Of a stretch of DNA of 64,000 nucleotides, positions 1-7,649 are shown piece by piece. Made by a program: the position numbers and the translations under genes. Positions within the stretch are counted from its first letter, which is position 1. Every line of letters begins with the position of its first letter. The stretch is from positions 63,003 to 127,002 of the forward strand of contig JANLSU010000081.1 in NCBI GenBank assembly GCA_031362565.1, read 5' to 3'. Origin of the DNA: a bacterium. GTDB taxonomy: Bacteria; Krumholzibacteriota; Krumholzibacteriia; G020349025. Under the pieces are notes generated by a model. The model searched no databases and had not been told where the DNA came from. It was given only the letters and a program-made list of their open reading frames with translations.

Positions 1-975
1 GATATTGAAGAGTGCCGGCACGAGTCCCACCTTGGCAACGCCGCGCAACTGCGCCGAGCGGGCTCGCACCATGTGTGCCACCAAGGCGAGTGACGTGCCC
101 GAGCCGCCCATCCACACGAACCAGATGTAGAACTCCCGCGGCGCGATGTTGGGAATGGCCTGGCCGGCAAGGGCTGCATCCATGTTCTGCGTCAGCATCG
201 CCAGCCACAGCGGCTTCATCACCGCCAGAATCGTGATGGCGTGGATGCCGAAGAGCCAAATGGTCGAATCGATGAGCACGACGAGCAGGATGCCGGGCAA
301 GCTGTTGCCGACCGCCTGCAACGGCCGCGACAAGGTTGTGATCAGGGTGAAGATATCAAAGCCGAGTCCGTGCACCACGAACCACAGGCTCGCAATGCTG
401 ACGAAGGCCGGCACCAACGAGATGAAACTGCGCGACACGGAATCCGGCACCGTATCGGGCAGGCGCACCACCATGTTGCGCCGCACCACGAAGCCCTGTA
501 CGGCGACAACATAGAGCGCAATCAAGATACCGACGAAGAGCCCCGCCGGCCCGACGTTCTCGAGCGGCAAGGTCCACGCCGGAGCGCCGTCCGGTTTGAG
601 AACGGCTTTGATTGGACCCACGACCGCCAGATGCGCCGTGACCGCGATGAGGCCAGCGGCCAGCGGATCGAGTTCGCGCCGTTTCGCCAGGTGGTACGCA
701 ATGGCAAAGGCCGCGTACACCGAGATCATGCCGGTGGTTGCCTTGAACACCAATACGAAGCGCGGGATCCAACCGGCCATCGCCACGGCGTAGGCCTTCT
801 GCCACTCGACGCGGACGAGCGGTGGCTCGACCAGGAGATAGAAGAAGCTGCCGATGAGCACGAGCGGCAACACGGCGACGATGCCGTCGCGCATCGACAA
901 GAGCACGACGGATTGCCCGGTACGCTCACCGGCCTTGGTGAGAGCGTTGCGCAGAGTTCGAAGAATGCGCTGCAT
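1..975 (-). CDS. PTS sugar transporter subunit EIIC, lactose/cellobiose/chitobiose family (3' end outside window)
   Basis: Not in the ORF track because it has no stop. Hand translation from ATG 975: ...SMRDGIVAVLPLVLIGSFF...GLFVGILIAL...VRLPDTVPDSVSRSFISLVP...WLFGIH...MGGSGTSLAL...VPALFNI, the ChbC/CelB-type motifs. Confidence 0.9.
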   Translation of the reverse strand, partial: MQRILRTLRNALTKAGERTGQSVVLLSMRDGIVAVLPLVLIGSFFYLLVEPPLVRVEWQKAYAVAMAGWIPRFVLVFKATTGMISVYAAFAIAYHLAKRRELDPLAAGLIAVTAHLAVVGPIKAVLKPDGAPAWTLPLENVGPAGLFVGILIALYVVAVQGFVVRRNMVVRLPDTVPDSVSRSFISLVPAFVSIASLWFVVHGLGFDIFTLITTLSRPLQAVGNSLPGILLVVLIDSTIWLFGIHAITILAVMKPLWLAMLTQNMDAALAGQAIPNIAPREFYIWFVWMGGSGTSLALVAHMVRARSAQLRGVAKVGLVPALFNI

Positions 976-1213
976 GACTCCACCCTAGGACGTGCGCGGC
1001 GACATCGCAACGCCGGATGCCGGGGCGTCGTGGTCTGGACGCCGCTGCACCCTGGCCGTGCAAGATCGAAGCCGTGGTGGGATTCAGGAACGCGAGCTGC
1101 GGCTGTCGCGGGTGCGCCAGCGCGACAGTGCGCCACGATCGAGGCAACGGAGTCCGACCAGGAGGACGACGAACGCGCCCGCAAGTTGAATAGGATCCAG
1201 CATAAAAATGCGG

Positions 1214-1612
1214 TTAGCGCCGCGGGTTTTTCACATCGATTCCGAGGGCGTCGTAGGTGGCTTTGTCCAGGTTTCCGGTGGGCTTCCGGCCGATGGACGC
1301 CTGGAAGAGCTTGAGAGCTTCTTGGGTCTCGATGTCGAAGTTGCCGTTCAGGCGGCCGTGATAGAAGCCCTTGGCGGTCAGAACGATCTTGGCGCGCTCG
1401 ATCGTCGATTTGACTCGCTCGCCGCGCGCCGCGAAATGCACCGAGTCGCGGGGGCTCGAGCGGGGTGACGAGGCATCCGCCGCGGTTCCGCCCTGGCTGG
1501 CCGCGGGCCGGGCGCCGATCGACTCGTCGTGGCGCAACGTCCGAACCACGAGTCCACCCACGATCAGCACCACGACTACGACCCCAATCCACGACAGACG
1601 ATTCGTCGACAT
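1214..1612 (-). CDS. Membrane-anchored peptidoglycan-binding domain protein
   Basis: N-terminal hydrophobic helix (WIGVVVVVLIVGGLVV); C-terminal PG_binding_1-like LTAKGFYHGRLNGNFDIETQEALKLFQ...PTGNLDKATYDAL. Start trimmed to ATG 1612. Confidence 0.8.
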   Translation of the reverse strand: MSTNRLSWIGVVVVVLIVGGLVVRTLRHDESIGARPAASQGGTAADASSPRSSPRDSVHFAARGERVKSTIERAKIVLTAKGFYHGRLNGNFDIETQEALKLFQASIGRKPTGNLDKATYDALGIDVKNPRR

Positions 1613-1742
1613 CGGCAAGCTTTTCCTCCGCGCCAAAATTCGACCGAGCAGCCCGCGTCCCCGCACTCCGGGCGGGCGCCAGCCGGTGATGATACTCGGT
1701 CGCTCGGAGGCCCGAAACCCCCTCCCAACCCCGAGTCTGGAG

Positions 1743-1772
1743 TTGCCGCGGGGGGTCCAGACGGGGTACAAT
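1743..1772 (+). promoter_or_regulatory. Candidate sigma70 promoter
   Basis: TTGCCG-18 nt-TACAAT about 100 nt upstream of the CDS at 1872. Confidence 0.5.
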
Positions 1773-1871
1773 AAGGGTTGGTAGCCCGCCAGGGCTTGCC
1801 GCGCCCCCCAGGAGTGGTTTCTCGAGAATCCGTCAACGGGCCCGTGCTGACGGACTGCAAGGAAGCATACC

Positions 1872-4800
1872 GTGCTGGTACAGCGCTCTCGCGCGTGGGG
1901 TCCGGCTATCTGTTGCGGCGTCCTCGGCCTTTTGGGGGCTGCCGGCGGGGCGGCGGCGGCGCCGACGTTGACCCGTGGTCCCTTCCTGCAGCAAGTCACG
2001 TCGCAAACGGCCCAGGTGGTCTGGCGGACGAGCACCGCGGCGGCCTGTACCTTGACCGCCACTGGACCGGCGGGGCCGAGCCTTGCCGTCGCGACACCGT
2101 CCGGCACCGAACATGTGGCGGTGCTGGCGGGGCTCCTGCCGGCGACGCGCTACGACTACAGCGTGCGCTCGAATGGCCTGGTGGCCGGCGGCACCAACTA
2201 TTTCGTGCAGACGGCGCCGAATCCCGGCACGGGTGCCACGACGCGCTTCCTCATCTTCGGGGATTCGGGGACCGGCAGCGCGACGCAAACCGCGGTCGCG
2301 GCCACGCTCGTCACTCAGACCGCCGATTTCGGCATTCATGTCGGCGACATCATCTATCCGTCGGGGGAAACGCAGTACTACGACCCGCGTTACTTCCAGC
2401 CCTACGCCGCGATGATCCGCCACCTGCCCATCTTCGCCATTCTCGGCAATCATGACGCCGGCAACTCCACGTCGTTCTTCGACGCGTGGCATTTGCCGAC
2501 CAACTCGCTCGACGGCACCGAGCGCTACTACTCGTTCGACTTCGGCGACATCCACTTTGTCGGATTGGATACGACGAAGCCGCTCACGTCCGCCATCTTG
2601 GCTTGGCTCGCGGCCGACCTCGACGCGTCACCCCGGCGTTGGAAGATGGTGTTCTTCCATCACACGATGTACAGCTGTGGTTTGTACCATGGTACGTCGA
2701 CGTCGTTGGTGAATGCCCTGGCGCCGGTGTTCGAAGCGCACGGCGTCGATGTCGTGTTCTACGGGCACGACCACCACTACGAGCGCAGCTTCCCGATCCG
2801 CGCTGGGGCGGCGCTGCAAACCGCTCTCAACCCGAATTTCGTCAGCCCCGGGGCGCCGATGTATGTGGTCAGTGGCGCGGCCGGCGCGTCGCGCGATGCA
2901 GCCTCCAACTGCTTTTTTACCGCGCGCGCCATCGCGACCCCGTCGTTCGCGCGGGCGAGCGTCACGGCCGACCTGTTCACCCTCGAGGCCATCAGCGCCG
3001 ACGGTACCGTCCTCGATCAGATGACGCTCTCCAAGTCGGGCACGCCGCCGCCGCCACCGCCGGCCGAAACCGCCAAGGTCTTGTCGCCGAATGGCAGTGA
3101 GGTGTGGCTCGCGGGCCAAGCCGCCATGCTGCAGTGGTCGGCGAGCCAGGGCATCGCTGCGGTGCGGATCGAGTTGTCACGCGCCGGGGCGCAGGGCCCT
3201 TGGGAAACGCTGTTTGCATCGACTCCGAATGATGGCGCCGAACCGTGGACGCCGACGGGGCCGGCGGCGAGCCAATGCTTGCTGCGTGTCGCCGATGCGA
3301 GCGACGGATCACCAAGCGACCTCTCGGACGCGGCGTTCCAAATCACCGTGGCGCCGCCGCCGCCACCACCACCGCCGTCGGGCATTGTCGCACTCATCAA
3401 CTTCCAGCCCGATGGCGTGCCCGTGCCGACTGGCTACCAGGTGGATACGGGTGCCATTTTCGACACGGTGCGCGGCTATGGGTGGAACACGGCCCAAACG
3501 ACGCGCGCGCGGGCGCTGCTTCCCGCCGACCCGCGCGACACCTTCGTGGACGTTACCAATACGTCGACGGCAACGTGGGAAATGGCGCTCGCCAACGGGA
3601 CGTACTATGTGACGCTCTTGTGCGGCGACGCGCAAACGACGGCGTCGCACCGCGTCGCTCTCGAGGGCACGACGGTGCTCTTGGATACGAATACGGGCGC
3701 CAGTGAATTCTTGCAGCCGTTCGATATTCCCGTAACGGTGCAGGATGGCCGGCTCACCATGACGGTCGGGGGAAGCGGCGCCTTTTCGCACACGAAGGTC
3801 GACGCCATCGTCATTGCCAACGGTGCGGTCGTTTCACTGCCGTATACGCTTTCGACACCGGCACCGGCGGACGTGCGTTGCATCGGCAGCAGCGCGCCGA
3901 TTCGCTGGTCTGGCACCGGCGGCACATTGCCGATGCGCGTCGAGCTGTCGCGCGCCGGCCTGGCCGGCCCGTGGGAACCGGCGGTGATCGTCACGGCCGA
4001 CGACGGCGAGGAGCTCTGGACGCCGGTGGGGTCACCATCCCCTTGTGGCGCGATGCGCGTGCTCGACAGCACGGGACATCTGCTGGCCGCGACCCCCAAA
4101 CCTTTCGCACTTGGTGCGCCATCATTGCAGCTCCTCGCCCCCAACGGCGGGGAAACGTGGACGGTGGGGACGGCGCAGTCGTTCGGATGGACGAGCAGTT
4201 GCTACGCGGGCAACGTGCGGATCGACGTGTCGATGACGGGCCCGGCCGGTCCGTGGACCACGTTGATCGCAACGACCCCCAACGACGGCACCGAGGCCTG
4301 GACGGTGCGGCCGGAAGACGCCGGTTCGATCTACGCGCGCATTATCGCTTTGCCCTTCGGCACGCCCAGCGACGCGAGCGACGCGGCTTTTAGCGTCATC
4401 ACTCCACAGCCGGCCCCGTCGCAGACCTGGAAGTTCGACTTCACGGTGAACGGCGCGGCACCCGCCGCCGGCTCCACCGCCGAGACCGGGACGCCCTACA
4501 GCGCCGCCCTGGGCTACGGTTGGTTGCAAGCAGTGAGCATGAAGCAACGCAACCTCCTCCCGGGCGACTGCCGCGACACGTTCGTGCAGGTGACCAACAA
4601 CACGACGGCCACTTGGGAGTTCGGGTTGCCGAATGGCACCTATAAGGTGTCCCTCACCTGCGGCGATCCGCTGACCTCGGGCACCCACCGAGTGGCGCTC
4701 GAAGGGCAAGTCGTCGTCGCCGACGTGTTTGCGTCGGGGGGCGAGTATGTGACCCGGACCGATCTCCCCGTCGTCGTCGCCGATGGGCGCCTCAGCATGA

Positions 4801-5207
4801 AGCTGGGCGGCAGCGGCCAAATCACCAGCACCAAGGTCGGCTGCATCGAAATTCACTCCGCGGGCACCCCACCTCGCACGGTCCGGCATGGGCCACGTGG
4901 CGATCAAGTGCCGGTCATCAGCAGCAGCATCACGCGTACACGGCTCGTGGCGCCCGCGGGGCCGGTCCACAACGCAGCGCGTTTTGGAATCGAACTCGTG
5001 CGCGAAGCCCCGGTGCGGCTTGCCCTCTATGACGTGCGTGGACGCCGGGTCATGACCCTTTTCGAGGGGCTCTTGCCGGCGGGACGCAGCGACATCACAT
5101 GGGACACCCTGGACGCGCGGGGACAGCGGCTCGGTTCCGGTGTGTACTTCGCACGGTTCGAGACCGACGGCGCCAAGGACGCGCAACGCGTCGTCCTCGT
5201 TCGCTGA
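1872..5207 (+). CDS. Secreted modular metallophosphoesterase (purple acid phosphatase-like) with repeated Ig-like and carbohydrate-binding-like modules and a C-terminal FlgD-Ig-like domain
   Basis: Signal peptide; motifs GDSG, GDIIY, GNHD, FFHH, GHDHHYER; poly-Pro linkers; [SA]PNG[SG]ExW modules; two F..DG/NG...GYGW...RDTFV modules; C-terminal YDVRGRRV...WD...G...SGVYF. Confidence 0.88.
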   Translation: MLVQRSRAWGPAICCGVLGLLGAAGGAAAAPTLTRGPFLQQVTSQTAQVVWRTSTAAACTLTATGPAGPSLAVATPSGTEHVAVLAGLLPATRYDYSVRSNGLVAGGTNYFVQTAPNPGTGATTRFLIFGDSGTGSATQTAVAATLVTQTADFGIHVGDIIYPSGETQYYDPRYFQPYAAMIRHLPIFAILGNHDAGNSTSFFDAWHLPTNSLDGTERYYSFDFGDIHFVGLDTTKPLTSAILAWLAADLDASPRRWKMVFFHHTMYSCGLYHGTSTSLVNALAPVFEAHGVDVVFYGHDHHYERSFPIRAGAALQTALNPNFVSPGAPMYVVSGAAGASRDAASNCFFTARAIATPSFARASVTADLFTLEAISADGTVLDQMTLSKSGTPPPPPPAETAKVLSPNGSEVWLAGQAAMLQWSASQGIAAVRIELSRAGAQGPWETLFASTPNDGAEPWTPTGPAASQCLLRVADASDGSPSDLSDAAFQITVAPPPPPPPPSGIVALINFQPDGVPVPTGYQVDTGAIFDTVRGYGWNTAQTTRARALLPADPRDTFVDVTNTSTATWEMALANGTYYVTLLCGDAQTTASHRVALEGTTVLLDTNTGASEFLQPFDIPVTVQDGRLTMTVGGSGAFSHTKVDAIVIANGAVVSLPYTLSTPAPADVRCIGSSAPIRWSGTGGTLPMRVELSRAGLAGPWEPAVIVTADDGEELWTPVGSPSPCGAMRVLDSTGHLLAATPKPFALGAPSLQLLAPNGGETWTVGTAQSFGWTSSCYAGNVRIDVSMTGPAGPWTTLIATTPNDGTEAWTVRPEDAGSIYARIIALPFGTPSDASDAAFSVITPQPAPSQTWKFDFTVNGAAPAAGSTAETGTPYSAALGYGWLQAVSMKQRNLLPGDCRDTFVQVTNNTTATWEFGLPNGTYKVSLTCGDPLTSGTHRVALEGQVVVADVFASGGEYVTRTDLPVVVADGRLSMKLGGSGQITSTKVGCIEIHSAGTPPRTVRHGPRGDQVPVISSSITRTRLVAPAGPVHNAARFGIELVREAPVRLALYDVRGRRVMTLFEGLLPAGRSDITWDTLDARGQRLGSGVYFARFETDGAKDAQRVVLVR

Positions 5208-5287
5208 ACGAACCGGCGTTTGACGCGATTTCGAGGTTCGGGTATCGTGCGGCGGCGGCCTTCGGCCGCATGAGCAAAGGAGCCGCC

Positions 5288-5848
5288 GTGACCGCGAGCC
5301 GCCCGCGATTGCGTCTATTGCAAGCCACCGACTTCACGCCCGAGGGCACCGAAGAACTCTACCGCCTGTTCAACGATTCCATCCTCCAAGGTGGCACGAT
5401 AGGGTTCCTGCGACCGATGACCCGGCGTAAGGCGCAGGAATACTTCGAGTCGCTCCAGCGCGGGATCCACAAAGGCGAAACGATCGCGGTCGTGGCCGGC
5501 GCCAAGCCGTTCACCGGCTTCGGCCTGATTCGTCGCGATGACGGCGAGCTCTTCCGGCACTGCTGGGAATTGGGCCGCGTCATGGTGCGGCCGACGATGC
5601 AGCGCCACGGCCTGGGCGCCGCCATCGTGCAACGCCTGGTCGCCGAGGCCAAGCGGCGCAAGATCGAAGTGTTGTGGCTCGACGTTCGCATCACCAACGT
5701 CCCGGCCATCGAACTCTTCCAAAAAATCGGCTTCCGCACCTGGGGTATCTTCCCGAATCGCATCAAAGCGGGCCGGGAGTATACCGACGTCCTTTACATG
5801 GCCTGCGATCTGCGCACAACCTACCATCCCCTACGCGACCTGCCGTAG
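5288..5848 (+). CDS. GNAT family N-acetyltransferase
   Basis: Acetyl-CoA motif VRPTMQRHGLG, then NVPAIELFQKIGF. GTG 5288 follows AAAGGAG (alternative ATG 5270). Confidence 0.85.
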   Translation: MTASRPRLRLLQATDFTPEGTEELYRLFNDSILQGGTIGFLRPMTRRKAQEYFESLQRGIHKGETIAVVAGAKPFTGFGLIRRDDGELFRHCWELGRVMVRPTMQRHGLGAAIVQRLVAEAKRRKIEVLWLDVRITNVPAIELFQKIGFRTWGIFPNRIKAGREYTDVLYMACDLRTTYHPLRDLP

Positions 5849-5849
5849 A

Positions 5850-6434
5850 TTAGTGCAGGCGCGCGGCGGGTGCGCCCTGGCGCGCTTTCGCATAGCTCCA
5901 GCGGCCTAGAATTGCGGCGCCCGCGGCGGCAGCACACAGTGCCGAGCTCCACAGACTGGCGCGTGCGGCGGCGGACTGCGGTGATGGAATGGCATGTACT
6001 GCGCCGCTCACGAGCCGGAAGTAGGGCTGCAACCACTCGGATGCGAGCGCCAACGAACCCGGCGCGTACTGCGGCAGCCAGGTGGCGAGCACGGCACAGC
6101 AGAGAGCAAAGATGAACGCCGGGTCCGTAAGAAGCATCCTCCACCACGACTCAACGATCGGCGCTTCATCACCGGCACGAAGCGGGATCGCCCGCTGTGC
6201 CACACGCGGATCACGGCTTGCGATGCCGGCCGGAGAGGTGATTTGGCCTAGAACTCGCGACGCAAAACCGGCGGGCGCGTGCGGTGGGCCGGCCGCCAGC
6301 GCCGCATCAATGGCGCGCGCCGTGGCAAGTGCGGCGCGGCAATGCTCACACGTCGCGACGTGCATTTGCATCGCCGCCGGCGGCTCAGCGCCGCCGGTCG
6401 TATCGAGCCACAGTTCGAACCCAGTGCAGTTCAT
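5850..6434 (-). CDS. Zinc-binding (ZAS, zf-HC2-like) membrane anti-sigma factor
   Basis: MNC...HVATCEHC (HxxxCxxC), two hydrophobic segments, ATGA overlap with the ECF sigma stop. Confidence 0.78.
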   Translation of the reverse strand: MNCTGFELWLDTTGGAEPPAAMQMHVATCEHCRAALATARAIDAALAAGPPHAPAGFASRVLGQITSPAGIASRDPRVAQRAIPLRAGDEAPIVESWWRMLLTDPAFIFALCCAVLATWLPQYAPGSLALASEWLQPYFRLVSGAVHAIPSPQSAAARASLWSSALCAAAAGAAILGRWSYAKARQGAPAARLH

Positions 6435-7009
6435 CGTGCTTCGTCCTCCTGCCAAGCCCGGCGGAGCGCGGTGCGAGCCCGATGGAGGTGCGTCTTCACG
6501 GTGTTCTCATTGAGACCCAAGAGGTGCGCAACGTCCACCACCGAGCGATCCTCGAGATAAAACAGCGTCACCACGGCCCGCTGCGCCTCCGGAAGCTCCG
6601 CCACCAAGCGCTCGATGCGCAAGCGCGTCCGTGCATCCGGCGGTTGGAGCGGCGAAACCGGCTCCAGCAGCCCGTTGTCCAAACTCGTCTCGCGCTGATC
6701 GCGCGCCTTCAATCGCGCCAGCCGGTCGAGGGCACAACGCACCACGATGCGGTGCAGCCAAGTGCTGAACATGGCGTCGCCACGAAACCGCGGCAAAGCG
6801 TTCCAGGCCTTGACGAAAGCATCCTGTGCCACCTCCTCGGCCTCGGGAGCCAGCCGCACGATTCGGAGTGCGAGCCCGTAGGCGCGGTCCGCGTGCGCGT
6901 CCACGAGGGCGCGAAACGCGTCGGCGTCCCCAGATCGGGCTCTTGCGACCATCTGGTGTTCGGAGCCGGCCGTCCCGGCGGAACACGGCTTCGCACCGGG
7001 AGTTTCCAT
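6431..7009 (-). CDS. ECF RNA polymerase sigma factor
   Basis: Region 2 AEEVAQDAFVKAW...FSTWLHRI; region 4 LPEAQRAVVTL...TVKTHLHRAR. ATG 7009 lies just downstream of an ECF-type promoter. Confidence 0.93.
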   Translation of the reverse strand: METPGAKPCSAGTAGSEHQMVARARSGDADAFRALVDAHADRAYGLALRIVRLAPEAEEVAQDAFVKAWNALPRFRGDAMFSTWLHRIVVRCALDRLARLKARDQRETSLDNGLLEPVSPLQPPDARTRLRIERLVAELPEAQRAVVTLFYLEDRSVVDVAHLLGLNENTVKTHLHRARTALRRAWQEDEAR

Positions 7010-7016
7010 TGCTGCA

Positions 7017-7047
7017 TTGGACGGGACGCGGGCCCCGCGAGGTTTCA
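7017..7047 (-). promoter_or_regulatory. ECF-type promoter of the sigma/anti-sigma operon
   Basis: Minus strand TGAAACC-N17-CGTCCAA, 7 nt before ATG 7009; the same motif recurs at 7122-7152 on plus. Confidence 0.75.
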
Positions 7048-7121
7048 AGGGTTCTGCCGACCCCGCGCCCTCCGCAACGCCCGCCGGCCATCCAACCCTC
7101 GCGCGCCCCGCACCCGAAAAC

Positions 7122-7152
7122 TGAAACCGCGCGCCGCCCGGTGCCCGTCCAA
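7122..7152 (+). promoter_or_regulatory. ECF-type promoter of the divergent membrane protein gene
   Basis: Plus strand TGAAACC-N17-CGTCCAA, 80 nt upstream of ATG 7233. Confidence 0.75.
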
Positions 7153-7232
7153 GAAGACGTGCGGCGGGGACGCGCTCCGCCCGATCGTGCTCATCCGGCG
7201 CCTCTGGCGCGGAAACCGGGAGATCTGCAGCC

Positions 7233-7640
7233 ATGGGTGATTTCAAGTTCCTGTTGCTCATCCTGCCTATCATAGGCGTATTCGGCGGACTGACGCTCGG
7301 CGTCGTTCGCACCGTGGGGCGCCAGCGTCAAATCGAACTGTTGCAACGCGAGCGCATCGCCGCCATCGAGCGCGGCATCGATCCCAAGATTCTGCCGACC
7401 CTCGGGGGCATGGGCCAGGATTTGGACGCCCTGCAGTCCGAGTTCGACCCGAACCGCCGGTTGCCGCGTCAGTTGCTGGTCGCGGGGGTGCTCACCCTCT
7501 TCATGGCGGCGGGCTTGACGACCGTCTTCCTGATCACTGAAGAACAAGGCAAGTCTTGGGCGATCGGCATCGTGCCTGGGGCGCTCGGCCTCGGTTTGAT
7601 CGTGTCGTCGTGGCTCGTGCAGCCCCGCGGCCCGCGCTAA
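7233..7640 (+). CDS. Small membrane protein, DUF6249-like
   Basis: TM helix, then QRERIAAIERGID, then two TM helices; divergent from the ECF sigma. Confidence 0.65.
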   Translation: MGDFKFLLLILPIIGVFGGLTLGVVRTVGRQRQIELLQRERIAAIERGIDPKILPTLGGMGQDLDALQSEFDPNRRLPRQLLVAGVLTLFMAAGLTTVFLITEEQGKSWAIGIVPGALGLGLIVSSWLVQPRGPR

Positions 7641-7649
7641 GCGCGCGTC

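Noticed and set aside
241..1314. 357-aa plus-strand ORF
   Set aside because: Antisense shadow of the PTS EIIC gene; no recognisable motifs.
1775..1860. Hairpins in the phosphatase 5' leader (e.g. TCCGTCA...TGACGGA)
   Set aside because: No riboswitch consensus recognised; short stems are expected at this GC content.
3045..3376. CCG/CCA triplet runs
   Set aside because: They encode poly-proline linkers of the phosphatase and are not an independent repeat element.
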